Part shown: in pieces, positions 51,387-61,179 of the stretch | Layout of the letters: each line of letters begins with the position of its first letter | How positions within the stretch are numbered: position 1 is the stretch's first letter | Assembly: GCA_025362585.1 (NCBI GenBank) | Contig: JANYFR010000045.1 | Location: 2,110 to 66,109 of the forward strand | Origin: Acidimicrobiales bacterium | GTDB lineage: Bacteria > Actinomycetota > Acidimicrobiia > Acidimicrobiales > RAAP-2 | Reading direction: 5' to 3' | Length of the DNA stretch: 64,000 nucleotides | The notes under the pieces: model-generated | The model's input: only the letters and a program-made list of their open reading frames with translations | What the model was told of the DNA's origin: nothing | The model's database searches: none | Position numbers and translations under genes: made by a program

Positions 51387-52595
51387 TCACGACGCCCGGA
51401 CGCGAATCGGCAGTTCGCGCGGACCACGAATCTGACCCGAGGCCCACGTCACCGCCGACGCGTCGGACAGTTCGAATCGTGGATAGCGCTTGATGAACTC
51501 CTCAATCGCGACGCGCAACTCGAGGCGTGCCAGGTTCGACCCGGCGCAACGGTGGATCCCGAGACCGAAGGCGACGTGGCGATTCTGCGCTCGATCAATG
51601 ATGAACTTGTCGGCGTCGGCAAAGATCGACGGATCGCGGTTGGCCGCGGGGAAGCCGAGCAGTATCCAGTCGTCCTCCTTCATCGCACAGCCCAGGTACT
51701 CCATGTCGTGCTTCACCAGCCTCGCCATCGTCACCGGCGCGTAGAAGCGCAGGAACTCTTCGATCGCCACGGGCATGAGCTCGGGCTCGTTCACGAGGCG
51801 CGCGAGGTCGTCGGGGTGATTGGCGAGGTGCCAGATCGCCGAGCCAATCGCCGACCAGGTCGTGTCGATGCCCGCGATCAGCACCAGGACCATCGTGCCA
51901 AAGACGTGCTCGGGTTGGAGCTTCTGGCCCTCGATCTCTACGTTCAACAGGTAACTGGTCAGGTCGTCGCGGGGGTTGGCGATGTGCTCATCCATCTGGG
52001 CGACGAAGTACTCCTCGACCGGCGTGAACTCCTCGATGCGCTGCTCGAGGGGGTGGTCGATGCCTTCGAGGACGATATTGATGAAATCGATGAACTTCTC
52101 GATGTCGTCCTCGGGAAAACCCAGCATCGTGCGGATGACGCTCGGGGGGATGTACTTGGCGTACTCCATCCCGGCGTTGATCACGTCACCCTCGAGGCCA
52201 TCGAGTAGTCGCCCGCAGAGCTCGCGGATCATTGGCTCGAGGGCGTTGATCGGACCCGGAGCGAACGCCGGCAGGAGGAGTTTGCGCGCAATGGCGTGGA
52301 ACGGGGGATCCGACGTGATGGGCGGCGCCACACCAATTGGTGCCGGCAGGTCTAACTCGCTCGGGCGTCCGTTGCCGATGATGACGGTGCGGCTGGTGAA
52401 GTTCTCCGTGTCCTTCGCGATTGCCGACACGCCGGCGTGGGTCGCGGGGAACCACCCGCCGCCGTAGCGTTCGGTGTGCGCGACCGGACAGCGCTCGCGC
52501 AGGTCCTCCCAGATCGGATAGGGATCGGCGACCCACTGAGGGTCGGCGTGGTCCCATTCGGTCGCGAAGTCCTTCACGGGGGGCCGGTCGGTCAT
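51387..52595 (-). CDS. Cytochrome P450 (paralogue B)
   Basis: AGIDTT, EEFLR and FGLGIHRCAG; ATG overlaps the ferredoxin stop. Confidence 0.95.
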   Translation of the reverse strand: MTDRPPVKDFATEWDHADPQWVADPYPIWEDLRERCPVAHTERYGGGWFPATHAGVSAIAKDTENFTSRTVIIGNGRPSELDLPAPIGVAPPITSDPPFHAIARKLLLPAFAPGPINALEPMIRELCGRLLDGLEGDVINAGMEYAKYIPPSVIRTMLGFPEDDIEKFIDFINIVLEGIDHPLEQRIEEFTPVEEYFVAQMDEHIANPRDDLTSYLLNVEIEGQKLQPEHVFGTMVLVLIAGIDTTWSAIGSAIWHLANHPDDLARLVNEPELMPVAIEEFLRFYAPVTMARLVKHDMEYLGCAMKEDDWILLGFPAANRDPSIFADADKFIIDRAQNRHVAFGLGIHRCAGSNLARLELRVAIEEFIKRYPRFELSDASAVTWASGQIRGPRELPIRVRAS

Positions 52596-52792
52596 TACGA
52601 CTCCTCGATGAAGATGGCGTGTTCGGGGCAGTTGGACTGGGCGAGGCGTGCGAGTGCAACGGACTCGGCGTTCAGGGTCCCGTCGCCGATCACGACGCCG
52701 TTGCCGAGGTCGTCGAAGTCGAAAATGGCCGGCGCAATAGAGAAACAGCGCCCCTGACCCTGGCACAACGCAGGATCAATGCTTACCTTCAC
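52595..52792 (-). CDS. Single-cluster [3Fe-4S]-type ferredoxin
   Basis: CQGQGRC...NCPEHAI motif, 65 aa, immediately upstream of the P450s. Confidence 0.9.
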   Translation of the reverse strand: MKVSIDPALCQGQGRCFSIAPAIFDFDDLGNGVVIGDGTLNAESVALARLAQSNCPEHAIFIEES

Positions 52793-52962
52793 GTCAGTCC
52801 CCCCGTCCCACGGATACTTCTCGTTCTGCTCCCGACCTTACTACCGGGTAACGAGGAAGCTCTCGGCTCCTGGTGACGCGACGGGTCAGTCGCCGTCGAT
52901 GCTCGCGCGAGGCGATGGCGTCGGGTACGAACGACGACGCGCCGGGGAATCATTCGCCGGCC

Positions 52963-54141
52963 CTACTCGGCCTCGATCTCCTCGCGACTGATACCGAGGA
53001 AGTAGAGCACCGCGTCGAGGTAGGGCACCGACAGTGCGGCGTCGGCGTGGTCCTGGACAATCGGTTTGGCGTTGAAGGCAATGCCGAGACCGGCGACCGA
53101 CAGCATGTCGATGTCGTTCGCGCCGTCGCCGACGGCGACCGTCTGCTCGAGCGGCACCCCCACCTCGGCGGCGAAGTGGCGCAAGGCCCGCGCCTTGCCG
53201 GCGCGGTCGACGACGTCGCCAACGAGTCGACCAGTGAGTCTCTCGTCCTCAATCTCGAGACGGTTGGCCTCGAGGTACTCGACCCCCAATTCGGCCATCA
53301 GTGGTGCCAGCACCTCGACGAAGCCCCCCGACACGACCGCCGGCACGTAGCCGAGACGACGCAGCGTGCGCAGCAGCGTACGGGCCCCCGGGGTGAGGCG
53401 TAGCTTGGCCCGCACGTCGTCGAGCACGGTCGCGGGCAGACCTTCGAGGAGGGCCACGCGTCGGCGCAACGACTCAGCGAAGTCGATGGTGCCGTCCATC
53501 GCGAGCTCGGTGATCGCCGAGATCTCCGTCGCGTGCCCGCACTCGTCAGCGAGGAGGTCGATCACCTCGTCTTGCAGCAGGGTCGAGTCGGCGTCCATGA
53601 CCACGAGGTGCTTCGAGCGGCGATGGAGGCCGGCTCGTTGGACCGCGAGGTCCACACCGATCGACTTAGCGACCGTCGTGAGTCCCTCGCGCAGTGCGGC
53701 GTGATCCGAGCCGCGCACGACCAGTTCGTAGCAGTCGACCGGGTAATTCGCGAGGTGCACGATTCGTTCACACGTCGAAGCACTCTCGGCAATGGCGCGA
53801 AAGACCGACTCGAGCTGACCGGCGCTGATGCGCGGCGCGAGGAACGTGACCAGCAGCCGACGGCCGTCGCCGACGCTCGGCGTGACCCGTTCGACCGTTG
53901 CCGTGATCCCGGCACTCGCAATGTCGCGCGTCGCGAGCGATGCCTCGATGGCGGACGAGGGGGTCGAGGCGTCGGTGCTCACCTCGGCGCAGAGTACGAG
54001 GGCGCCGCGAATGGTGATTTGGGCGACGTCGGTAATCTCGACGCCCGAGGTCTCGAGTGACGTGAGTGCCGCGAAGAGCTCCGCGCCGACCCCAACGCGA
54101 TCGGGGCCACTCACGGTCACCAGATAGGTCGCGTTTCCCAT
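52963..54141 (-). CDS. serB: Phosphoserine phosphatase with N-terminal ACT domains
   Basis: GPDRVG, MDADSTL, VSGGF and GDGAND motifs. Confidence 0.93.
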   Translation of the reverse strand: MGNATYLVTVSGPDRVGVGAELFAALTSLETSGVEITDVAQITIRGALVLCAEVSTDASTPSSAIEASLATRDIASAGITATVERVTPSVGDGRRLLVTFLAPRISAGQLESVFRAIAESASTCERIVHLANYPVDCYELVVRGSDHAALREGLTTVAKSIGVDLAVQRAGLHRRSKHLVVMDADSTLLQDEVIDLLADECGHATEISAITELAMDGTIDFAESLRRRVALLEGLPATVLDDVRAKLRLTPGARTLLRTLRRLGYVPAVVSGGFVEVLAPLMAELGVEYLEANRLEIEDERLTGRLVGDVVDRAGKARALRHFAAEVGVPLEQTVAVGDGANDIDMLSVAGLGIAFNAKPIVQDHADAALSVPYLDAVLYFLGISREEIEAE

Positions 54142-54171
54142 GCCCGAAGCGTAGGGGAACACCGGCCGAGG

Positions 54172-55452
54172 CTAGGACCGCGCGCCGTCCTCTCGCGAGC
54201 GCAGTTCGCGCACTTCGGCGACGTGGACGTCGGTGCGCGCGTCAAAACTCCAGAGTCGCGGCAGCGCCACCGCGACGACCGCAACCGAACCGGTGCAGGC
54301 GAGCCCCCCGAAGGTCAGCGAGAAGCGCAGCGTCGTCCAGGCGGCCATGACCCCGGCCCGGAACTGACCGGCCGTTGGTCCAAGTGAGTACGAGATCATC
54401 TCGATCCCCGCCATCCGACCGCGCACCAGGGGGGGAATCGACTCATTCCACAGGGCCGATCGGAATATCCCGCTGATCGCGTCGGCGCCGCCGCCAATGG
54501 CGAGACCGAGGAGCACCAGCCAGAGCAACGACGAGTAGCCAAAGAGTGCAATCCCCAGTCCCCAGCACGACGCCGCGGCCACCACCCCCCGGCCATAGCG
54601 GTAGACCTGGCGCGTCCATCCCGACGTCAGCGTCGCCACCAACGCCCCCGCGGGAAGTGCGCAGTAGAGCAGGGAGAGAGCGTAGGTCTCGTGAAAGCGC
54701 GCTGCGACAAAGGGCAGCATCACCACGGGAAAGGCGAGCACCATCGCGAGCATGTCGACGATGTAGGTCCCCACGATGTCCGGGCGCGACTGGGCGTATC
54801 GCAGTCCCGAGGTCAACGCCGCCACCTGGCTCTCCTCGATGGACCCTCCGGGAGCGGTCGCGCGCAACGTGAAGAGCAGCAGCAGCGAGAGTGTAAAGGT
54901 CACCAGGTTCGCCACGTAGACGGTGGCGGGGCCGAGCGCCACGGCGGCGAGCCCACCGAGGGCCGGACCGATGATCGACGCCGTCGTGAAACGAATGTTC
55001 GCCAACGCCGCCGCCGCCCGCTGCAGGTCGTGGGGTACGTAGGCCTGATTGAGAGCCTCGATGCTCGGGCGCTGCAAACTCGCGGCCCCCGCGACGACGA
55101 AGGCGTCGGCGTAGAGCACCCACGTGCTCGGATGCGCGAGCAGCGCGTTGAGGACGAGCACCGCGGTGGAGAGCATGAGGACCGCCTCCATCGAGATGAT
55201 CAGTCGGCGGCGGTTGAGCCGGTCGGCGAGCACCCCGCCGTAGAGACCGAGGACGACCAGCGGGACGAGCTCGGCGAGGCCCAGGGAACCAACGGCGAGA
55301 GTCGAGTGGGTCAGATTCTTCAACTGGAATGGCACCGTCACGTAGGTCGCCTGGCTGCCGACGGCGGTGACGAAGCCGGCGACGTAGAGCCGCCGGTACT
55401 GCTTGGACACGCGCAGTGGCGTGAGGTCGACTCCGAGGCGCCGAGGGCTCAC
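54172..55452 (-). CDS. MFS transporter (EntS/MFS_3-like)
   Basis: GGVLADRLNRRR, FRSALWN and RGRMAG motifs; about 12 TM segments; GTG overlaps the upstream stop. Confidence 0.88.
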   Translation of the reverse strand: MSPRRLGVDLTPLRVSKQYRRLYVAGFVTAVGSQATYVTVPFQLKNLTHSTLAVGSLGLAELVPLVVLGLYGGVLADRLNRRRLIISMEAVLMLSTAVLVLNALLAHPSTWVLYADAFVVAGAASLQRPSIEALNQAYVPHDLQRAAAALANIRFTTASIIGPALGGLAAVALGPATVYVANLVTFTLSLLLLFTLRATAPGGSIEESQVAALTSGLRYAQSRPDIVGTYIVDMLAMVLAFPVVMLPFVAARFHETYALSLLYCALPAGALVATLTSGWTRQVYRYGRGVVAAASCWGLGIALFGYSSLLWLVLLGLAIGGGADAISGIFRSALWNESIPPLVRGRMAGIEMISYSLGPTAGQFRAGVMAAWTTLRFSLTFGGLACTGSVAVVAVALPRLWSFDARTDVHVAEVRELRSREDGARS

Positions 55453-56102
55453 GGGCCGGGCGCCCCGGACCGCCAGCCGTGCTCGGCGCTGTAGTGGCGC
55501 AGCACCCTGGCCGGCACTCCGCCGAGGACGACGTGGTCGGGAAACGTGCCGCGCACCACGGCCCCCGCGGCGACGACCGTATTGGCGCCGAGGACCGTGC
55601 CCGGCAAGATGACCACGTTGGCGCCGAGCCAACTCCCCGACCCGATCGAGACCGCCGCCTCGCTCGGCGTCTGCCATCCGACCGGCTCATTGGGGTCGTC
55701 GTACGAGTGGTTCTGGTCCGTGATGTAGACGTACGGGCCAGTCTGAATCTCGTCACCGAGCACGATCTTCCAATGTCCAATGATGTGCGACCCGCGCCCG
55801 ATGATGCACTTTTTGCCAATGGTCACTACCGGCGACGTCAGCATCGTCTGGTCGGCGCTGACGCCGGCCGTGAGACAGACGTTCGGACCAATGAGCGTCT
55901 CGTCACCAATGGAGAGATAGCGCTCGTTGTAGATGACGCCCTGGGGCGCCATCAGCGCGACCCCCGTTCCGAAATGGCCGAACTTTCGCGCGTAGGGATC
56001 GTCGCTCCCCACCGTCGCCACCTCGTTGAGGTAGCGACGGGTCCGGCGTACCGCGGCGCCGAGCAGGCGACGGAGGCGCAGTCGGGTGTTCACTCCGGCC
56101 AC
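55449..56102 (-). CDS. Hexapeptide-repeat acyltransferase
   Basis: VTIGKKCIIG, IGSGSWLGANVVILPG and GGVPARV motifs. Confidence 0.88.
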   Translation of the reverse strand: MAGVNTRLRLRRLLGAAVRRTRRYLNEVATVGSDDPYARKFGHFGTGVALMAPQGVIYNERYLSIGDETLIGPNVCLTAGVSADQTMLTSPVVTIGKKCIIGRGSHIIGHWKIVLGDEIQTGPYVYITDQNHSYDDPNEPVGWQTPSEAAVSIGSGSWLGANVVILPGTVLGANTVVAAGAVVRGTFPDHVVLGGVPARVLRHYSAEHGWRSGAPGP

Positions 56103-56406
56103 GCTACCTCTGAGGATCGCCGTGCCCCGCGGACTCCTCTAGGTCAGAGGACCACGGTCGATCACGCGAGAGTTCAGTGAGGTGCAATCTAGAACTCCGC
56201 TAATGGTGATGATTTTCCGGCAGCGCAGTGTCCAGAGAGAGGCTGGCTCTGGTCGTCGTCGAACAACATCGCCCTCCCATGACGGCGTCGTTGCCCTCAA
56301 CTGGGTACCTGTCCGCGTTCGTCGACATTTATCCAACGTTTACGAGCGCACCACGCGGTTCTCACCTGGTGGCGCCAAAGTGGTGACAACCAGAAAGAGG
56401 GTCCGG

Positions 56407-56829
56407 ATGGCCTACCGTCGAACAGTCGAACAGCGTGACCTACGCCTCCAGCGCGTGCGTCGCACCGCTCAGGCCATCACGCTCGTCGCCGGCCTCGGCG
56501 GGGGCGTCGGCGTCGCGTACTTCGCCCAGGCGACCGGAACCGCTGGCGCGTCAGCGCCAACGACCAACGTAACGACACCCACCACCACGACGACCTTGAA
56601 GGTGGCCCCGCCCAAAGCGGCGACGACCACGACGACTCCGAAGATTGTGACCCCGACGACGACGCCGAAGGTCGCAACCCCGACGGTGCCGGCCGCTCCG
56701 GCGCCGAAGGTCGCGACCCCGACGACGACGGCCGCCCCGGCGCCGAAGACCACGACGCCCGTTGCCGTTCCAAAGTCAACGCCCACCGTCTGCACGACGT
56801 CGCCGTCGGGCACCACGACCTGTCACTAA
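56407..56829 (+). CDS. Small secreted or membrane-anchored Thr/Pro/Ala-rich protein
   Basis: Arg-rich n-region, hydrophobic segment, repeated PKVATPT/APAPK linker, and C-terminal CTTSPSGTTTCH. Confidence 0.7.
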   Translation: MAYRRTVEQRDLRLQRVRRTAQAITLVAGLGGGVGVAYFAQATGTAGASAPTTNVTTPTTTTTLKVAPPKAATTTTTPKIVTPTTTPKVATPTVPAAPAPKVATPTTTAAPAPKTTTPVAVPKSTPTVCTTSPSGTTTCH

Positions 56830-56863
56830 CTACGACTCCCGGGTCGTGGCGCGAAGGTTCGAT

Positions 56864-57913
56864 TTAGTCGAGCGAGATTGGCGTATCGATGTCGAGACTC
56901 GTCCCGACCACGTCCGGTAGCAGGGCGTTGGCCATGTGCTCGCGCACTCGTCCATCGATCTCCGCCATCGTCTGGGGATTCTCTCGCAGGAAGGCCTTGA
57001 CGTTCTCACGCCCCTGGCCCATCTGCTCGCCCTCGTAGGTGAACCACGCGCCGGCCTTCTTCACGAAGCCCAACTCAACCGCGACGTCGAGCACCGAACC
57101 TTCGCGGCTGATGCCCTGGCCGTACATGATGTCGAATTCCGCCTGCTTGAACGGCGCGGCACATTTGTTCTTCACGACCTTCACGCGCGTGCGGTTGCCC
57201 ACGACGTCGGTGCCGTCCTTAATCGACTCAATGCGACGGATGTCGAGTCGAACCGACGCGTAGAACTTGAGGGCCCGTCCCCCCGGCGTCACTTCAGGCG
57301 AGCCGTAGATGACGCCGATCTTCTCGCGAAGTTGATTGATGAATACTGCGACGGTGTTGGACTTGGACAGACCGCCGGTGAGCTTGCGCAGGGCCTGGCT
57401 CATGAGGCGCGCCTGCAGACCCACGTGGCTGTCTCCCATGTCACCCTCGATCTCGGCGCGGGGGGTGAGTGCCGCCACGGAGTCGATGATGATGACGTCG
57501 AGCGCCCCCGAGCGAATCAGCATGTCGCAGATCTCGAGGGCCTGCTCGCCGGTGTCGGGCTGGCTGATCAACAGGTCGTCGACGTTGACGCCGATCGCGC
57601 GCGCGTAGACCGGGTCCATGGCGTGCTCGGCGTCGATATACGCGCAGACGCCACCGTTGCGCTGGGCTTCGGCGACGACGTGCATCGCCAGGGTCGACTT
57701 ACCCGACGACTCCGGGCCGTAGAGCTCCACGATGCGTCCCCGGGGAAGGCCCCCGATGCCGAGCGCCATGTCGAGTGCGAGCGCGCCGGTAGGAATCGAC
57801 TCGATGTTCATGTGCAGGTTCTCGCCCATGCGCATGATCGAGCCCTTGCCGAACTGCTTCTCGATCTGGCCGAGGGCAGCTTCGAGAGCCTTCGCGCGGT
57901 CATCGGTTGCCAT
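56864..57913 (-). CDS. recA: Recombinase A
   Basis: [34 protein letters not shown] and [10 protein letters not shown] motifs; AAGGAG SD; no intein. Confidence 0.98.
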   Translation of the reverse strand: MATDDRAKALEAALGQIEKQFGKGSIMRMGENLHMNIESIPTGALALDMALGIGGLPRGRIVELYGPESSGKSTLAMHVVAEAQRNGGVCAYIDAEHAMDPVYARAIGVNVDDLLISQPDTGEQALEICDMLIRSGALDVIIIDSVAALTPRAEIEGDMGDSHVGLQARLMSQALRKLTGGLSKSNTVAVFINQLREKIGVIYGSPEVTPGGRALKFYASVRLDIRRIESIKDGTDVVGNRTRVKVVKNKCAAPFKQAEFDIMYGQGISREGSVLDVAVELGFVKKAGAWFTYEGEQMGQGRENVKAFLRENPQTMAEIDGRVREHMANALLPDVVGTSLDIDTPISLD

Positions 57914-57996
57914 TGCTGTCTCCTTGTTCTTCGCCATCAGAGGAACGTTATGAACCTCTTGTGACATCGGTCGGTCTCCACCCGTCTCCAAAGTAC

Positions 57997-58014
57997 TACG
58001 AACAAGTGTTCGTA
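57997..58014. promoter_or_regulatory. LexA SOS (Cheo) box upstream of recA
   Basis: TACGAAC-AAGT-GTTCGTA matches the Gram-positive GAAC-N4-GTTC consensus. Confidence 0.9.
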
Positions 58015-58087
58015 AAGAGGATTCTCCGACGACCCTCGTATCATGCCCCCTCGACGAGCGATTGACCCGACATTCGAAGCGGAGTGA

Positions 58088-59317
58088 CTAGTCGATCAAT
58101 GACTGGTACACCAGCTGCTGAAGTTCGCGACGGATCGGGTAGGTCCCGCTCGGCAGCAGCTGGGTGAAGAAGCCGACCGTGAGATCCTCGACCGGGTCGA
58201 CCCAAAAGGCCGTCGACGCGGCCCCGCCCCAGGCGAAGCTGCCCTCCGACACGAGGCTCTTGTTCTTGCGCCGGTCGGTCACCACCGAAAAGCCGAGTCC
58301 GAAACCGAGTCCGGCGTAGTCCACTTCAGAGAACGAGTCGACCGCGAACTGCTCGAGGTCCTGATCGCCGGGCAGATGGTTCTGCGTCATCAGTTCGAGT
58401 GTGCGACTCGAGAGCAGGCGCACACCATCGAGCTCGCCACCGCCGAGCAGCATCGTCATGAATCGGTTGTAGTCAGCGGCCGTCGACTGCAGGCCGCCGC
58501 CACCGTCGTAGACGCGCGGGGCCCGGTGCGCATGCCGGGCGAGCTCCTCGAAGGCAAAGGAGTCGCCGTGGTAGGGGACGTACAACATGGCGAGGCGGTC
58601 CTGCTTCTCGGGCGGGCACCACCATCCGGTGTCGTGCATGGCGAGCGGGTCGAGAATCCTCTCGCGAAAGAAGACGTCCAGGGGCTGACCGCTCCAGATC
58701 TCGACGAGCCGACCGAGGACCGCCGTTGACTCCGAGTAGTTCCACCCCGAACCGGGCTGAAAGACCAGCGGACTCGAGCAGAAGTCGTCGACGGCCTGGG
58801 CCAGGTCCTCGCCCGAGTACTTCGCGAAGTCGTAGCCCTTCAATCGGTAGATCGCGTCGACGGGGTGCGAGTTTTGGAATCCGTAGGTCAGGCCGCTCGT
58901 GTGGGTGAGCAGGTGATGTATTCGCACCGGTCCCTCAGCCGGGACCGTCTCGGGGTTCTCGGGCGTACCGCCCGACCACACCCGCGCCTCGCGCAGCGAC
59001 TCGATCCACTTGCTGGCGTCGTCGGTGAGGTCAAAGAGTCCCTCTTCGTACAGCATCATGACGGCGACCGACGTGACGGGCTTGGTCATTGAGTAGATCC
59101 GCCAGATGGTGTCGTCAGTGACCTCGAGATTCCTCTCACGGTCACGATGCCCGCCCTTGTCGCTCCAGACGAGCTCGCCGCCGCGAGAGACCGTCGCGAG
59201 CCAGCCGGCCAATCGCCGGTCGCTCACGTACTGGTCGAAGTGGGGCTTGATGCGCGCGAGACGCGCGGGGTCACAGCCCATCGCCACCGGATCGACCTGA
59301 ACCTCCAACTGCGTCAT
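58088..59317 (-). CDS. Serine hydrolase, beta-lactamase/esterase family VIII
   Basis: SxxK in YSMTKP, HLLTHTSG, WNYS and WGGAAST motifs. Confidence 0.88.
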   Translation of the reverse strand: MTQLEVQVDPVAMGCDPARLARIKPHFDQYVSDRRLAGWLATVSRGGELVWSDKGGHRDRERNLEVTDDTIWRIYSMTKPVTSVAVMMLYEEGLFDLTDDASKWIESLREARVWSGGTPENPETVPAEGPVRIHHLLTHTSGLTYGFQNSHPVDAIYRLKGYDFAKYSGEDLAQAVDDFCSSPLVFQPGSGWNYSESTAVLGRLVEIWSGQPLDVFFRERILDPLAMHDTGWWCPPEKQDRLAMLYVPYHGDSFAFEELARHAHRAPRVYDGGGGLQSTAADYNRFMTMLLGGGELDGVRLLSSRTLELMTQNHLPGDQDLEQFAVDSFSEVDYAGLGFGLGFSVVTDRRKNKSLVSEGSFAWGGAASTAFWVDPVEDLTVGFFTQLLPSGTYPIRRELQQLVYQSLID

Positions 59318-59333
59318 TCGTGCCTCCGATGTT

Positions 59334-60626
59334 CTACTTCGAGATTACGGGCGTGGCGGCGACGTGGCGGTCGAGAGCTCGTCGCAGGACGTCCAGGGCG
59401 CTGATCGCACTGTAGGAGCGAACGCGTGGTCGGTCGCCCGGGAGGCGCAGCGCCACGTGCTCGGTCCGCTCGGCCATCGACAGTCCGACGAACACGGTGC
59501 CCGCCGGCTGGCCGTCCTGCTCGAGGGGACCAGCGACGCCCGTGACGCTCAGTCCAATGTCCGACTTCAACAGGGCCCGCACCCCCGTGGCCATCTGCTC
59601 AGCGGCCGACGCACTGACGACGGGGCCGCGCGCGACGCCGAGGAGGTCAAACTTCACCTCCGAGGCGTAGCTAACTAGTCCACCAACGAACCAGGCCGAC
59701 GCTCCGGCTACGCCCACGAGTCGGCTCGCGATGAGCCCGCCAGTGACCGACTCGGCAACGGCCAGTGTCGTACCCCTCGCCACCAGGCGCGACGCAATCG
59801 CGTCCTCCATAGTTTCGTGGTCGACCCCGAAGATGATGTCACCAAGTCGGTCGTTGACGAGACGACGAACGAGTGCCTCTTCTTCGTACAGCAGCGCCGA
59901 CGCGTGCGGGGCGTCGTCGCCGCGCGCCGTCAAGCGGACCTTGATGCCCTCAATGCCCGAGGCGAGGAATGCAATCGTGACGCGACCGTCATCCGCCAAC
60001 GCGTCGAAGCGGTCGGCGACGGCTTCGGCGAGGGCGGACTCGCTCGCGCCCCACGTGCGCAGTACCCGACTGGTGATGACCGAGGTCTCGCCGGTGCTGC
60101 GCTGGCGCTCGAGGAGGTCGGGCAGGATCGCTCGCTCGAACATGTCGGTCATCTCGTAGGGCACGCCCGGAACGGCGTAGACGACCTTCTGGCCGAGCGC
60201 GCAGACGAGTCCGGGGGCCGTGCCGCGCGTCTGCGCGATGACCGTCGCGCCGTGCGGCACGTCGGCCTGGAGCAGGTTGTTCTCGGGCATGGCGCGACCA
60301 CGTGCGACGAACATGGCGCGGATTACTTCGACGATCTCCCCGTCGCGCTCGAGGGGCACGTTCATCACTTCGGCGATCGCGGCGCGCGTGATGTCGTCCT
60401 GGGTCGGGCCGAGGCCCCCACAGACGATCAGCGCGTCACTACGCGCGAGGGCCGTGCGAAAGGCCAGCACGATGCGATCGTGGTTATCGCCCACGTGCTG
60501 ATGGAAGTGCGACGCGATGCCGTTGGCCGCGAGTTGCTCACCCAGCCACTGCGAGTTCGTGTCGGGGATCTGGCCCAACAGAAGCTCGGTGCCGACCGCG
60601 ACGATCTCAACGCGCACTCGCGACAC
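59334..60626 (-). CDS. cinA: Competence/damage-inducible protein A (MoCF domain plus PncC)
   Basis: AVGTELLLG, GGLGPTQDDIT, AESVTGG and TGVAGP motifs. Confidence 0.93.
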   Translation of the reverse strand: MSRVRVEIVAVGTELLLGQIPDTNSQWLGEQLAANGIASHFHQHVGDNHDRIVLAFRTALARSDALIVCGGLGPTQDDITRAAIAEVMNVPLERDGEIVEVIRAMFVARGRAMPENNLLQADVPHGATVIAQTRGTAPGLVCALGQKVVYAVPGVPYEMTDMFERAILPDLLERQRSTGETSVITSRVLRTWGASESALAEAVADRFDALADDGRVTIAFLASGIEGIKVRLTARGDDAPHASALLYEEEALVRRLVNDRLGDIIFGVDHETMEDAIASRLVARGTTLAVAESVTGGLIASRLVGVAGASAWFVGGLVSYASEVKFDLLGVARGPVVSASAAEQMATGVRALLKSDIGLSVTGVAGPLEQDGQPAGTVFVGLSMAERTEHVALRLPGDRPRVRSYSAISALDVLRRALDRHVAATPVISK

Positions 60627-61179
60627 CCTTCTTGCCGTCGACGAAGTAGCGCCATCCGGTGTAGAGCGTGAGGACCGTGGCCAACCAGATCGTGACGATG
60701 CCGATCCAGGTGTGGTGCGCGGTCACCGGCAGGACGCAAAAGGCGATCGCCCAGTCCTGGACGAAGGTCTTCCACTTGGCCAATTTGCTCGCCGGGATCG
60801 AGAGACCGCGTTTGGAGGCTCGCGACCGGTAGAGGCTCATCCAGATTTCGCGGGCCGTGATGATCAGCGCCGGCGCGATGAAACCGTTGAGCCCGTGGGT
60901 CCTCGAGAGGATCAGGGCGTAGAGGCCGCCGAGCACGATGATCTTGTCGGCCAGTGGATCGAGGAACGCCCCCGAGGTCGTGGTGCCGTGTCGGCGCGCG
61001 ACGATGCCGTCGAAGTAGTCCGACATCGCGGCGAGGAGCCCCACGAGCGACGTCCACCACGAAATCCGCTCGACGATGATCAGGTAGATAAAAAGCGGCG
61101 CGACCAGGAGACGAAAGAGGGTCAGCATGTTGGCCGGCGTCAGCAGGGCCGTCTCGCCGTAGGTGGGCTTGGTGGTCAT
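60607..61179 (-). CDS. pgsA: CDP-diacylglycerol--glycerol-3-phosphate 3-phosphatidyltransferase
   Basis: PANMLTLFR and DYFDGIVARRHGTTTSGAFLDPLADK motifs. Confidence 0.9.
   Translation of the reverse strand: MTTKPTYGETALLTPANMLTLFRLLVAPLFIYLIIVERISWWTSLVGLLAAMSDYFDGIVARRHGTTTSGAFLDPLADKIIVLGGLYALILSRTHGLNGFIAPALIITAREIWMSLYRSRASKRGLSIPASKLAKWKTFVQDWAIAFCVLPVTAHHTWIGIVTIWLATVLTLYTGWRYFVDGKKGVASAR

Noticed and set aside
56139-56270. Possible frameshifted STAS/anti-sigma-antagonist remnant (KIITISGVLDCTSL) near a (CT)4 tract
   Set aside because: The similarity is too short to separate from chance.
58015-58075. PafBC/RecA-independent promoter motif (TGTCGG-N10-TA-N3-T) upstream of recA
   Set aside because: TGTCGG is present on the minus strand but is not followed by TA at the required spacing.
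58088-59317. Antibiotic-resistance beta-lactamase call
   Set aside because: Cytoplasmic (no signal peptide), with family VIII esterase-type motifs; resistance is not supported.
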